DNA of 64,000 nt, taken from positions 8,519 through 72,518 of the forward strand of contig JAFGCR010000002.1 in assembly GCA_016932495.1 (NCBI GenBank). Reading direction: 5' to 3'. This DNA comes from Candidatus Peregrinibacteria bacterium. Its GTDB lineage: Bacteria > Patescibacteriota > Gracilibacteria > UM-FILTER-43-11. The position numbers and the translations under genes were made by a program. Shown one piece after another: positions 1 through 10,221 of the stretch. Positions within the stretch are counted from its first letter, which is position 1, and the number at the start of each line of letters is the position of its first letter. The notes beneath the pieces were generated by a model. That model was not told the origin of the DNA and did not search any database. It was given only the letters and a program-made list of their open reading frames with translations.

Positions 1-443
1 TGATCGGCTATTACGCCCACGCGGCTATCACCTGGCCGGGCAGTGACCCCAACCCGGTTACGGGTGTTGTGGGTATGTTTGTAGGCGAGTCAGATAGTGC
101 CTACAGTACAGGAGTCGGTTATGAAGACGTGAATCTGTATTGCCAGAATCACAGTAACGCGACGATTGCCGGCAGCCATGTCTGCACACCCGCGGAGATG
201 ACCAACAGCCTGAACCACGGCACCATCGGCGTGTCACCGGTTTTTACCTATGCCGGTTCCACAACACTCTGGATCAACAGCGGTCCTCCGGGTTACACGG
301 CCAATTCCAACGACTGCAAAGGCTGGACGGCGACGGATAGCCCTAGTGGTAACCCCAACTACGGCACGGTGTGGAATTTTGCTGAACAGTATGGGGGGTT
401 ACTGCCTTGTAAAACAGGGAAAAAATATGCGTGTTGTAAATAA
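1..443 (+). CDS. Partial (5'-truncated) Cys-rich protein with C-terminal C-type-lectin-like domain
   Basis: Frame is open from position 3 to TAA at 443. C-terminus (SHVCT..E, WINSGPPGY, NDC.GW, ACCK*) is paralogous to that of 533..2179. Confidence 0.7.
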   Translation, partial: IGYYAHAAITWPGSDPNPVTGVVGMFVGESDSAYSTGVGYEDVNLYCQNHSNATIAGSHVCTPAEMTNSLNHGTIGVSPVFTYAGSTTLWINSGPPGYTANSNDCKGWTATDSPSGNPNYGTVWNFAEQYGGLLPCKTGKKYACCK

Positions 444-446
444 CTT

Positions 447-510
447 CAGTGACCAGAGACCAGTGACCAGTAACCAGCTCTGGTCTCTGGAGAACTGGTC
501 ACTGGTCACT
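447..510. repeat. Inverted heptamer tandem array
   Basis: (agtgacc)x4-like run followed by its complement (ggtcact)n; a degenerate relative lies at about 2183-2220. Confidence 0.85.
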
Positions 511-532
511 ATAAATTTATAAATTCAAACAA

Positions 533-2179
533 ATGAAAAACAAAATCCGATTTTTAATCCCAATAATCCTCCTCGCGTTCGTGTTGGTGCCGAAGGCGTT
601 CGCGGGCGTTTATGACTGCACGGTCGCTTATCCGGGATCGGATTCCACGGACCCGTTCACGTACGACGCCTGCTGTTATCCGCAGGGCGGGGACACCGAG
701 CCGTACCAGGGTATCTCGTGCCGGCCGGAAGGGGAGATTCTAAGAACCGGCAGTTCGACTTCCTGTGTTACCAAGCAAAGTATTCTGGATCTGGCTGATT
801 CTGCCCGCGGTCAGAACCGGGCCGGCTTTAATTCTTTAACCGGCTCAGTCAGTTCATCGTGCCGGGGCGGTTACTGTAAACCATCCGGAAGCAATGTCTG
901 CCAGGCTTTAACCGGCAATACGTGCCCTGCCGCTTTAAACCGGCAGTTGGTCTGCCCGGGTGGATGCGGTGGTTGCAGTGAAGGATATGTTTATTGTGTG
1001 GATAATCAGCCTGCCAGTCTTTTAGATGAAGCAAATCCTGTTGTCGGCGTAACACCCGCCTGTCAGCTTGAAAAAGACGGCAGTACGTATGCTCCGAATG
1101 GCGGGGCGACATGCGCGTCTATGGGGCGTGAAGTGCTTAATCCCTGTACCGGCGAATGCACGAACTGCCCTGAGGGCCGGACGCTTTCCGGCCGCACGCC
1201 GGGCTTATGCGTTTCCTTTGCCCAGCGGTTCATCGAAATCTTTGCGGATGGCTTTACGTCGCTCGGCGGAAAGGCTTTAGATGTAGGGGGAGTTGATCTG
1301 GCTCACATATATTCTTACGGCTCCATCACTGATCCGGTGAATTGGAGTGACACCAGCAAACCCGCCTTTTATGGCACGGTGTTTACCGAAGTGGATCAGG
1401 CCGATCACCTCAACTGGTCGAGCCCCAGTGTTCCGGATGTCATCCAGAACCTACTCATCAATAACAATTACCTGTTCTGTGATGAGAATTATGATTGTCC
1501 GGATGACCTCATTTGTACCGCCGGTTTCTGTAATAACCCTGGGAGCGACGGGGAAGAGGGTGATGCCTGCACCAATTCAAGCGAATGCAACCTTGGATTG
1601 GTCTGCGATATGGATACCGGGATGTGTGTTGATTTAAATGATCCGAACAATACATTAACCGAATGTTCGGAAAACGATGATTGTCTTGGGCTGGGCGCCA
1701 ATTTCACCTGTGTAAACGGTTATTGTCATGATCAGAGCAATGGCCCCGGTGACGCGTGTGTGAACGATTCTGAATGTGCAGCTGGTCTGATGTGTGTGGA
1801 TTTGATCTGTGTGTATAACAATTTATTGGTGCCGATTTCTTATTTTATGGATATCACGGGCCCATCTATCGGGGATGTGAATCCCAATGGCTATCAAAGC
1901 GCGGATGATCTTTGCGAGGGGGTGATCGTTGACAGCCATGTGTGTACAGCGGAAGAAATCATCAACGCTTATGTAATGGACGCGGATACACTAACCGGCA
2001 AAACCGGCTTGGCGTGGATCAACAACGGTCCTCCGGGTTATGTGAAATACGTGACCAACGACTGTAACGGCTGGAATACGAATGTCAGCACTATTTTTGG
2101 TTCAGTGTGGTCGTTTACCGCGCATGCCAGCTTTATTACGCCGTGTAATCAGAATATTCCGTTCGCGTGCTGTAAATAA
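533..2179 (+). CDS. Secreted Cys-rich surface protein with four 4-Cys repeats and C-terminal lectin-like domain
   Basis: Signal peptide ending AFA. Repeats such as CDENYDCPDDLICTAGFC and CVNDSECAAGLMCVDLIC. Ends ...PCNQNIPFACCK. Confidence 0.75.
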   Translation: MKNKIRFLIPIILLAFVLVPKAFAGVYDCTVAYPGSDSTDPFTYDACCYPQGGDTEPYQGISCRPEGEILRTGSSTSCVTKQSILDLADSARGQNRAGFNSLTGSVSSSCRGGYCKPSGSNVCQALTGNTCPAALNRQLVCPGGCGGCSEGYVYCVDNQPASLLDEANPVVGVTPACQLEKDGSTYAPNGGATCASMGREVLNPCTGECTNCPEGRTLSGRTPGLCVSFAQRFIEIFADGFTSLGGKALDVGGVDLAHIYSYGSITDPVNWSDTSKPAFYGTVFTEVDQADHLNWSSPSVPDVIQNLLINNNYLFCDENYDCPDDLICTAGFCNNPGSDGEEGDACTNSSECNLGLVCDMDTGMCVDLNDPNNTLTECSENDDCLGLGANFTCVNGYCHDQSNGPGDACVNDSECAAGLMCVDLICVYNNLLVPISYFMDITGPSIGDVNPNGYQSADDLCEGVIVDSHVCTAEEIINAYVMDADTLTGKTGLAWINNGPPGYVKYVTNDCNGWNTNVSTIFGSVWSFTAHASFITPCNQNIPFACCK

Positions 2180-2246
2180 ACTCAGCGACCGGGGATCAGT
2201 GACCAGCCCTGACCACTAACTACTTAAATTCTTTAATTCATCTACG

Positions 2247-5200
2247 ATGAAAAAAACAATCCCCATTTTATTATTTACCGGCTTCCTCCTCATCTTTCCG
2301 AAAATGGCTTTCGCGGGCCTCAGTGAAGGCTGTTTCCCGGCCGTGGTCTGCGGAACGGGCCAGAACTATTACGCGGATGACTGCAAGCCCCATATCGAAA
2401 CCCTTACCGGCGCCACCCAGAGCTGCCAGTCCAATTACGACGATCCTCCTGCCGGCAAGCAGTGGGCTTTTAACTGCGATAACGGCTGTTACGGGCGTTC
2501 GGATGACGTCGCGGCCGAATGCCCCGGCGGGATTATGATCGCCGGCGACTGTAAAACACTGGCCCGTGTGGTGATTGACGGACTGGATAACAATATATTA
2601 AAAACGTACGCTCTTAACACCCTCACTAAACTGGTTTACGCGGATTGCGGCGACGGCGAATCCCCCATATGGGACAATACCGCCCATGAATGGGTCTGTG
2701 TTATTCCTGCCGCCATGGACCCCTTGGCCCCTTGTGCTGACGGCGAAGTCCTTTCGTGGGATGCCGGCAATAGTGAATGGGTATGCGGACCGCCTAATTT
2801 TACGTATTGGTCTGCCAATCCTGCCGATCCTACTGAAATCTATTACAATGCGGATAATGTCGGTATCGGAACCACTGATCCGGCCGCGAAGCTGGATGTT
2901 AATGGTTCTATGAGGGCAGGATATGGACTGGACAGGACTTCTTATTTTGGACACGCGGCAATTGGATATGCAACTTATAATGGTTATGCCACTTTTGCGC
3001 ATAAGGATCACAATACAGATGCTGATGCCGCATTAGTCCAGACGCCTGGTGGTGAAACTTATCTTAATACCTCTTCTGGTGACCAAATATCATTTACCAT
3101 AGGCGGCACTACAGGTACTTTAGCTATGAGAATCAATAGTAGTGGCAATGTGGGAATGGGCACAACTGATCCCGACTATAAACTTCATGTTGAAAATTCA
3201 ACTATCTACGATTCTGTGGATCCTGACCGTTTTTATGCCGTCGCTGATTCCAGGGAATATTATGGCTTATATGCTGAAGCCAAAGGGGCATCGGGCAATC
3301 TTGGCGCTCCTCCACTTTATTATAATTTTGGTATAAAAGGGATTGCGAATGAATCTAATTCCCATGGGAATTTTGGTGTCTGGGGGGAAGCTGCCAATGG
3401 CGCAATGTTCGGAGCAGGTGTTTATGGAAAGGGTGTAGCTGATTATATGTATGGTGTTATAGGTGAAAGTGAAATGGCCACTGGTGTATATGGCGAAGGT
3501 GCGGACAAGGGAGTCCGTGGTGTTGGTGATAATTACGGTGTTTATGGTCACAGTACTTCAGGTAAAGGGGTCTATGGCGGTAGTTCTTCCGGTTATGGGG
3601 GATATTTTTCCGGTGATGTGTATGTGTCAGATAACCTGGAGGTCAGCGATGATCTTATGCTGAGCGAATATGCCAGACATAGTAACGACGATGATACCTA
3701 TCTCCAGTTTGACACCAACACATTAAACTTTGTCGGAGGGGGGAAGGAATTATTCCGGGCGCGTGGCACCGCGCAGGCCTATGCTTATTTAGGAAATAGT
3801 TCCGATGATATAGATATCGCTTTAAATGATGATTTGTTCGTACGCGGTAGTGATGGCAATGTGGGAATCGGGACACTAGCGCCTGATAATAAATTGCATG
3901 TAGAAGGGGGTTATATCGAAAATTCAGCCAGTGCACCGCGGTTGATTTTTGAGGAAACAGATCAATCTGATAATTTATGGATTATGGGTCAGGACGCTAC
4001 AGAATTTTGGATTGCTCATGACAGCACTGCTAATGAAAATCGTGTTATTCAAATTGAAGAAACCGGTGAAGTGGGCATTGGCACGGCGGATCCTAGTGCC
4101 AAGCTTGATATCGCTGTTACAGGTGATGGTACGGAAGTGCTGAGGTTCAGCACCGAAAGGCCATGGACTTTCCGCCAGCGTGGCACGGGTTCAAGTGCCA
4201 TTCTTGACTTATGGTCCACTGTTGACGGCAAAAACTTTACAATCACATCTGCCGCAAATGATAACCAGGCCGCGCTTTTCGCTCCGCGCAACACCGCTGC
4301 CGACAGCCGGGTTTATCTGGTTCAGGATGGTGGCCGGGTTGGCATTGGAACATCAAGCCCTGGTAGTGTGTTAGAAGTATCAGGTGATACCATTTTGGAT
4401 CATTATGTTCAATTAAGGGATTATGACGATGATACGCTTACCACTCATTTAATCGCCCGTGATGATAACTGGATGTTTTTTAGCGGAGGGGTGGCAATTG
4501 GCACATGGTCCAATGGTGGGCTTGGGGCTGTCGGTACGGGCGATTTAGTAGTCGAAGGAGGCGCCAGTATTGGCACTACAACAGAGACTCATTCACTTGT
4601 GGTCGCGTCAGCCGATGAAGAAACCGTACGCCTAATGGGGCCAGACAGCTATGGCCATGGTGCCCGTTTGAATTTTGGCGATGTGGATTATGTTTATTTC
4701 GATGAATATGAAGATGATAAGTTAAAGATATATGGTGAGGATGGTATATATATTGATACTCATTTCACCAGTGATTACCTGACCATTGATACTAATGTGG
4801 ATGCCTTGTATGATATTTATGTAGGCGATGAGTTGACAGTTGATAATGATTTGTGGGTGGATGATGACATATATCTTTATGACAAAATTTATCATAAGGG
4901 AGATGAAGATACGTATATTGATTTTAATACCGACAATATTGATTTTTATGCAGAGGGTGTGAATACCCTTGATCTAAGAGATGACATTGTTTATTGGCAG
5001 GCAGGAGGCAAAATGACAGCCTGCCCGGATGGCTATACATTAGTAGATTGGGATGGTGTAAATTACAATCCCGGTTTTTGCATAAAGGATTATGGTGATA
5101 TTTTTATTGGCTCCTGGCCTTTTGCAAATGCCGCCTGTATGGCGGAAGGGGCTCATATGTGTGATTACACTGAGCTGTGGCTGGCTTATGAGCATGGTTC

Positions 5201-5378
5201 GCCATGTATTGATATTAATGGTTACTGGATCAATGAATATGTGGATGATGATGATGTTTTATGTGGTAATAAAACCATTTCGTCCTGTTCAGATAGTGAT
5301 ATACCTAATTTTGAAGGAAACTGTGCTGCCCATAGTGGCAGCAGGTCATGGACGTGCTGCATAAGCGCCAACCGGTAG
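2247..5378 (+). CDS. Secreted fibre/adhesin-like protein (GNVGIGT repeats, GVYG repeats, C-terminal lectin-like domain)
   Basis: Signal peptide ending AFA; at least five NVGIGT..P...L.V motifs; Gly-rich GVYG tract; Cys-rich C-terminus. Confidence 0.75.
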   Translation: MKKTIPILLFTGFLLIFPKMAFAGLSEGCFPAVVCGTGQNYYADDCKPHIETLTGATQSCQSNYDDPPAGKQWAFNCDNGCYGRSDDVAAECPGGIMIAGDCKTLARVVIDGLDNNILKTYALNTLTKLVYADCGDGESPIWDNTAHEWVCVIPAAMDPLAPCADGEVLSWDAGNSEWVCGPPNFTYWSANPADPTEIYYNADNVGIGTTDPAAKLDVNGSMRAGYGLDRTSYFGHAAIGYATYNGYATFAHKDHNTDADAALVQTPGGETYLNTSSGDQISFTIGGTTGTLAMRINSSGNVGMGTTDPDYKLHVENSTIYDSVDPDRFYAVADSREYYGLYAEAKGASGNLGAPPLYYNFGIKGIANESNSHGNFGVWGEAANGAMFGAGVYGKGVADYMYGVIGESEMATGVYGEGADKGVRGVGDNYGVYGHSTSGKGVYGGSSSGYGGYFSGDVYVSDNLEVSDDLMLSEYARHSNDDDTYLQFDTNTLNFVGGGKELFRARGTAQAYAYLGNSSDDIDIALNDDLFVRGSDGNVGIGTLAPDNKLHVEGGYIENSASAPRLIFEETDQSDNLWIMGQDATEFWIAHDSTANENRVIQIEETGEVGIGTADPSAKLDIAVTGDGTEVLRFSTERPWTFRQRGTGSSAILDLWSTVDGKNFTITSAANDNQAALFAPRNTAADSRVYLVQDGGRVGIGTSSPGSVLEVSGDTILDHYVQLRDYDDDTLTTHLIARDDNWMFFSGGVAIGTWSNGGLGAVGTGDLVVEGGASIGTTTETHSLVVASADEETVRLMGPDSYGHGARLNFGDVDYVYFDEYEDDKLKIYGEDGIYIDTHFTSDYLTIDTNVDALYDIYVGDELTVDNDLWVDDDIYLYDKIYHKGDEDTYIDFNTDNIDFYAEGVNTLDLRDDIVYWQAGGKMTACPDGYTLVDWDGVNYNPGFCIKDYGDIFIGSWPFANAACMAEGAHMCDYTELWLAYEHGSPCIDINGYWINEYVDDDDVLCGNKTISSCSDSDIPNFEGNCAAHSGSRSWTCCISANR

Positions 5379-5415
5379 TTTTAAATTTAAAATTATTATT
5401 ATTAAATATTTTTTT

Positions 5416-6210
5416 ATGTCCACTCATTTTAAATACACTTTACTTGTTTTCTTTATCGCCTTCCTTACGTTTGTGGCCGGTTACTACGTTGGTCAGGCAG
5501 GGTTGGTAAAAACCACACCGTCTTCCAGTCAGCCGACGGTTAGCCAGCCCACGGTGAACGTGCCGGCTAAAAAAGGCTCCTATGAACAGGGTTACCAGGA
5601 AGCTCTGGATTTCGCCAGACAGAAACTTGCGGAAGAGGGCGCATTTGAACCGCCAAGAAATCTTACAGCTGTCGTTAAAACCGCAAGCGGGCAGAATGTG
5701 GTAGTTGAGTTTAATGCCAGCTTACTGGATCCGTTCGCGGAAGGTATGGCAACTAAAACTATTGTAGTAAGTGGTGAAACTAAGCTTTTCGAAAGAGTTG
5801 AAAAAGATGAGGAACAATATAAAAAAGAATATGCGGAATACGAAAAGGCTATGCAGGCTTATGAAACCGCTCTTGCAGGCGCAAAAACAGAGGAGGGGTT
5901 GGAGGAGCCAAGAGAACCGCAGGAATATGAAGAAAAAGTTTTAGCGGTTAGCGATTTACTGCCTGGTGACCGGGTACGTGTAATCGCCAAGGTGATTGAA
6001 ATGGAAGCGACAGAAGATGGCAAAGAAGCTCCAATGGTATCACCATTTGCCAGCGACAAGGTCGAGGCTGCGGAAGTCCGTTTGTATTCACGCCCTGAGC
6101 CGGAACCGGAAAAAGAATTGCCTACGCCGATGGAAGAAGAAATGAAAGAAGCATCTGAGGAATTACTGGGAGAGCCAGTGGCTGAAGAGGTGGAGGAGGT
6201 GACTCCTTAA
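5416..6210 (+). CDS. Hypothetical N-terminally anchored acidic protein
   Basis: 264-aa ORF with N-terminal TM helix and Glu-rich coiled segment. Confidence 0.65.
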   Translation: MSTHFKYTLLVFFIAFLTFVAGYYVGQAGLVKTTPSSSQPTVSQPTVNVPAKKGSYEQGYQEALDFARQKLAEEGAFEPPRNLTAVVKTASGQNVVVEFNASLLDPFAEGMATKTIVVSGETKLFERVEKDEEQYKKEYAEYEKAMQAYETALAGAKTEEGLEEPREPQEYEEKVLAVSDLLPGDRVRVIAKVIEMEATEDGKEAPMVSPFASDKVEAAEVRLYSRPEPEPEKELPTPMEEEMKEASEELLGEPVAEEVEEVTP

Positions 6211-6243
6211 ATTTGTAAATTTTTAATTTTCAGTTTTCATTTA

Positions 6244-6334
6244 TGCGCACGTATACACCCCCCTCATTCACTCTTACGTAAGAGGGGAGGTATATAGAAG
6301 GGTAAGAAAGAAAACTAAAAGTAAAAGAAAGAAA
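6244..6334 (+). repeat. Hairpin plus polypurine dispersed repeat, copy A
   Basis: CCCCCCTCATTC...GGGGAGGT then GAAGGGTAAGAAAGAAAA...AAAGAAAGAAA; similar to copies at 11635, 24079, 44495, 57548, 63032. Confidence 0.65.
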
Positions 6335-6350
6335 TTTTCATTTGATTTTT

Positions 6351-6641
6351 ATGAAGAAAAAATATCTGTGGCAAATCATATTATTTATTTTGACCATTTT
6401 CTTTATTGCTTATTGGTCTTATGGCCAATTTAAACAATGGAAGAGTGATTTGATTTTAAGTACTTTCCAGAAAGGATATTTTAATGCTATTAATGACCTA
6501 GTTAAAGAAGCAAAAGCCAAAGAGAATTGTATGCCGATTTTTCTTGGGCCGGGAGAAGGCGGCGTTCAGCTTATAAATACTGTCTGCCTCAAAAATGCAG
6601 GTATTGAAATTGAGCTCAATGAATTACCTAAGCATGATTAA
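6351..6641 (+). CDS. Small single-TM protein, paralog of 6687..6944
   Basis: Shared motif A..C..(P)..G..GVQLIN..CL; ATG at 6351. Confidence 0.7.
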   Translation: MKKKYLWQIILFILTIFFIAYWSYGQFKQWKSDLILSTFQKGYFNAINDLVKEAKAKENCMPIFLGPGEGGVQLINTVCLKNAGIEIELNELPKHD

Positions 6642-6686
6642 TTATTCAATCAATCGTAAACCTTTAATCGTTAATCTTAATTCACC

Positions 6687-6944
6687 ATGAAATCCAAATA
6701 TTCTGTCGGTAAGATCATTTTAGTCGTCTGGGTTGCCTTTTCCATATTATATGTAGGTTATACCCAATACCGTTATTTCCAAACATTCATCGCTAATCAG
6801 GCTTACCAAACCGGCTTGAAAGACGCGGTGGTGAAAGTCATCCAGCAGGCGCAGGAATGCAAAGCGTTCCCGGTTACCATTGGCGAACAGGGCGTTCAGC
6901 TGATCAATATTGCCTGTTTACAGCAGCCGGAAGGGGAGGAATAA
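6687..6944 (+). CDS. Small single-TM protein, paralog of 6351..6641
   Basis: N-terminal TM; ECKAFPVTIGEQGVQLINIACL. Confidence 0.75.
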   Translation: MKSKYSVGKIILVVWVAFSILYVGYTQYRYFQTFIANQAYQTGLKDAVVKVIQQAQECKAFPVTIGEQGVQLINIACLQQPEGEE

Positions 6945-6961
6945 ATTTTAATTTCAAGGCA

Positions 6962-7101
6962 AGGAGAACGGCGGCTCCTCCTAGATTAGGAGGAGAGGAA
7001 GAGGCGGTAGACTAAAAAAAGTAATTTTGTTTAACCAAAATACCTATTTGATCTACCCCTCTTTCCTTCTCCCCTGAACCAGGGGAGACCGCCTTCCTCC
7101 T
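6962..7101. repeat. About 140-bp palindromic REP/MITE-like element with nested hairpins
   Basis: Left arm aggagaacggcgg-[ctcctcctagattaggaggag]-aggaagaggcggtaga pairs with right arm tctacccctctttcct-[ctcccctgaaccaggggag]-accgccttcctcct. Confidence 0.7.
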
Positions 7102-7319
7102 ATCCTCTTTGATTTACTACTTCAATTAGTGGAATGCTCTTTTGAGGAGCAATGCTGTGCTGGTTCAATAGGGAAACGCTCAAATCTTTAAAAATCTTCT
7201 CATTCCTTCCCATTCCCTGCCTGCGGATTTTCAAAGATTTGTCCTCACGACGCTGCAAACTTCCTTCGGTCGTTTTTGCTTTGTTCGGACCGCGTTTCTC
7301 GCTATTTACTAAAAAAACT

Positions 7320-7348
7320 TTGACATTCATTTTGTGTACTGCTAAAAT
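7320..7348 (+). promoter_or_regulatory. Sigma70 promoter of tuf
   Basis: TTGACA-N17-TAAAAT with extended -10 TG. Confidence 0.75.
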
Positions 7349-7384
7349 CCCTCGTGCTATTTTAATTTTTAAATTTAAAATATT

Positions 7385-8578
7385 ATGGCTGAAGGAACCT
7401 TTGACCGTAGTAAGCCTCATGTAAATGTGGGTACAATTGGTCATGTTGACCATGGTAAAACTACATTAACAGCTGCTATTACCGCTGTTGCCGCTGCTAA
7501 GATGGGTGGTATTAACAAAGCGGTTGCTTTTGATCAGATCGATAACGCTCCTGAAGAAAAGGAACGTGGTATCACTATCGCGACTTCCCATCAGGAATAC
7601 GAAACCGCAAAGCGCCACTACGCTCATGTGGATTGTCCTGGTCATGCGGACTATGTTAAGAATATGATTACCGGCGCTGCTCAGATGGATGGCGCGATTT
7701 TGGTGGTCAGCGCGGCGGATGGCCCTATGCCACAGACCCGCGAACACATCCTGCTGGCCCGTCAGGTGGATGTGCCTTATGTTGTCGTCTTCCTGAATAA
7801 AATCGACATGGTGGATGATCCGGAACTGATCGATTTGGTCGAGATGGAAGTCCGCGAGCTCCTGAATAAATATGAATTCCCAGGCGATGATACTCCTATC
7901 ATCAAAGGCTCTGCCCTGAAAGCGCTGGAAAATCCAACCGGGCCCGATGCCGAACCGATTGTGGAACTTCTGAATAAATTAGATGAATATATTCCTGAGC
8001 CGAAACGTGATTTAGACAAACCTTTCCTCATGCCTGTTGAAGATGTTTTCTCCATTAAAGGCCGCGGCACGGTCGCAACCGGCCGTGTGGAACAGGGGGT
8101 TGTTAAAATAAACGAAGAAGTGGAAATCGTCGGCATTAAACCTACCCGCAAAGTGGTGGTGACCGGTGTGGAAATGTTCCGCAAGATCCTGGATCAGGGC
8201 CAGGCGGGTGATAATGTCGGCCTGCTTCTCCGCGGTGTAGAACGCGACGAGATCGAACGCGGTCAGGTGTGCGCCAAACCCGGCAGCATCACGCCTCACA
8301 CAGAATTCGAATGCAAGGTGTATGTGCTGACCAAAGAAGAAGGCGGCCGCCACACTCCTTTCTTTAAAGGCTACAAGCCTCAGTTTTACATCCGCACCAC
8401 GGATGTGACGGGCGCGGTTACCCTGCCGGAAGGGGCTGAGATGGTGATGCCTGGCGACAATGTGAACCTGAAGGTAGAATTGGGCGCTCCGATCGCCCTG
8501 AATGATGGTACCCGTTTTGCTATCCGCGAAGGCGGACGCACGGTCGGCGCCGGTGTGATCACCAAAATTATCAAATAG
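7385..8578 (+). CDS. tuf: Elongation factor Tu
   Basis: [31 protein letters not shown]. Confidence 0.99.
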   Translation: MAEGTFDRSKPHVNVGTIGHVDHGKTTLTAAITAVAAAKMGGINKAVAFDQIDNAPEEKERGITIATSHQEYETAKRHYAHVDCPGHADYVKNMITGAAQMDGAILVVSAADGPMPQTREHILLARQVDVPYVVVFLNKIDMVDDPELIDLVEMEVRELLNKYEFPGDDTPIIKGSALKALENPTGPDAEPIVELLNKLDEYIPEPKRDLDKPFLMPVEDVFSIKGRGTVATGRVEQGVVKINEEVEIVGIKPTRKVVVTGVEMFRKILDQGQAGDNVGLLLRGVERDEIERGQVCAKPGSITPHTEFECKVYVLTKEEGGRHTPFFKGYKPQFYIRTTDVTGAVTLPEGAEMVMPGDNVNLKVELGAPIALNDGTRFAIREGGRTVGAGVITKIIK

Positions 8579-8619
8579 ATTTTTATGCCCTTTCTCACCT
8601 GAGGAGGGGCCTATAAAGT

Positions 8620-8760
8620 TTGTTTGCTGTCGGTGCAGGTGTGGCGGCTCGTATCGTTGTAGCTAAAAAGGTATTGTCTTTCATTACCGTTAGACAAAAC
8701 GATGACCATCACGATACTGGTTGCGGCAACGACCATTGCAACCAAGCCAATTACGACCAA
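8620..8760. repeat. Degenerate 6/12-periodic inverted array
   Basis: gcggctcgtatcg (8644-8656) is the exact reverse complement of 53841-53853, with similar flanks. Confidence 0.6.
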
Positions 8761-8813
8761 TGTTCTCAAAAGAGGATAAGTCAGCACAATTAGAAAATAA
8801 CCCCCACTAAGTT

Positions 8814-9149
8814 ATGGCTGAAAAAAAGCCCAAAAAGGCAATTGCCCAGCGCATCCGTATCACTTTAAAATCTTTTGACCACACGATCATCGACAAAGCG
8901 GTCAAAATGATCATCGATACAGCCGAACGAAGCGGGGCTATTATCGCAGGGCCGATTCCTTTGCCCACCAAGATCAAGAAGATCACGGTAAACAAATCCA
9001 CGTTTATCTCCAAAAATTCCCGTGAACAGTTTGAGATGCGCGTCCATAAACGGCTGATCGACCTTCGCGAGACCACGGCAACCACCATCGACGCGCTTTC
9101 TAACCTTACGCTCCCTGCCGGCGTCGACATCGAAATCAAGATGTTATAG
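8814..9149 (+). CDS. rpsJ: 30S ribosomal protein S10
   Basis: [33 protein letters not shown]. Confidence 0.98.
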   Translation: MAEKKPKKAIAQRIRITLKSFDHTIIDKAVKMIIDTAERSGAIIAGPIPLPTKIKKITVNKSTFISKNSREQFEMRVHKRLIDLRETTATTIDALSNLTLPAGVDIEIKML

Positions 9150-9242
9150 AACGAAGTGACGAAATGACGAAGTGACAAGGTGGCTTTATTGAAATCATTT
9201 CTTTTTTGTCATATCGTTATATCGTCATTTCGTTATCTCGTT
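9150..9242. repeat. Inverted octamer tandem array
   Basis: acgaagtg-acgaaatg-acgaagtg ... tcgttata-tcgtcatt-tcgttatc; fills the rpsJ stop to next ATG spacer. Confidence 0.85.
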
Positions 9243-9243
9243 T

Positions 9244-10218
9244 ATGAAAAAATTCACCAAAAGACAGGCGCAGGAACGGGTGTGGCAGTTTATTTATGGA
9301 TTCCGGGATGCCGTTACTAAGGATTTGGCGGAGAAAATCGATTTTATCATCATTTACGGTTCGGCAGTGCGGAAAGAATTCGTGCCGGGAAAGAGCGATG
9401 TGGATATTGTCATTCAGGTTTTCAGGGAAGCGGATAAAAAAATGGTCGAGGAAAAAGCAACGGAACGGTTCTGGCATGTGGCTAAACGTTATCCGGAGCT
9501 TCAGTTTGAAAAATCCCTCTCTGTTTCTCAATCCAAAAAGCGCACTCCTTTCACCAAAATGCTGGAAAAACTGGAACAGTCTTCATTCCTTTATGTGCCG
9601 GTATTTGTTTTTGCCGAAGGCGAGATCGACTGGAAAACCGGCACGCTGCATTCCGATAACCCGCTGATCAAACTCGGCCAAAGCCTGCTGATCCCCCAGC
9701 GGTCTGTTTTCCTCCGTTTTAAACAGGAGGGGGAGGTATTGTATGGCCGGGATATCCGGAAGGTCATCTGCATCAGGCTCACGATCATGGATCGTCTGCG
9801 TCTGGGCGCGGCCCCCCAGCTACTCAGCCTGATCAGTTTCTTTGTTTCATTCATCGCTCCCAAAAAAGCCCGCGGTTACGCGGTGAAGGCTCTGCTGTAT
9901 CAGATCGATTCGCTGTTAACGGCTTTATCCGATTATGAAAAGATGGAGCGGCATGAAAAAATTGAAAAAAATGAACGGATTTTATTAAAAGAATTTACGG
10001 AACGCCTTGAAAAACTGGTCAGACTTCGCCTGGATTACCGTAAGGGCGCTTTACGCCCATCGGATTTCCGTTTATTCCGTCAGGCCATCCGCATCAAATG
10101 GAACGAGCTTAAACTGTCCCGCCTCCAAACCATATGGTTTTGCCTGAAGGCCAATTGGTTTATTGTGCGTTCCAATGCCCGGGCGATTGCCTATTTATTT
10201 TTGAGGCGGATAAAATAA
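9244..10218 (+). CDS. Pol-beta-fold nucleotidyltransferase domain protein with helical, partly hydrophobic C-terminus
   Basis: IIYGSAVR...SDVDIVI (hGS-x-DhDh motif). Confidence 0.8.
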   Translation: MKKFTKRQAQERVWQFIYGFRDAVTKDLAEKIDFIIIYGSAVRKEFVPGKSDVDIVIQVFREADKKMVEEKATERFWHVAKRYPELQFEKSLSVSQSKKRTPFTKMLEKLEQSSFLYVPVFVFAEGEIDWKTGTLHSDNPLIKLGQSLLIPQRSVFLRFKQEGEVLYGRDIRKVICIRLTIMDRLRLGAAPQLLSLISFFVSFIAPKKARGYAVKALLYQIDSLLTALSDYEKMERHEKIEKNERILLKEFTERLEKLVRLRLDYRKGALRPSDFRLFRQAIRIKWNELKLSRLQTIWFCLKANWFIVRSNARAIAYLFLRRIK

Positions 10219-10221
10219 AGG

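Noticed and set aside
170..2179. Diversity-generating retroelement VR/TR pair in the paralogous lectin-like 3' ends
   Set aside because: Differences are mostly synonymous changes and indels, not adenine-specific; both copies are coding; no reverse transcriptase in the window.
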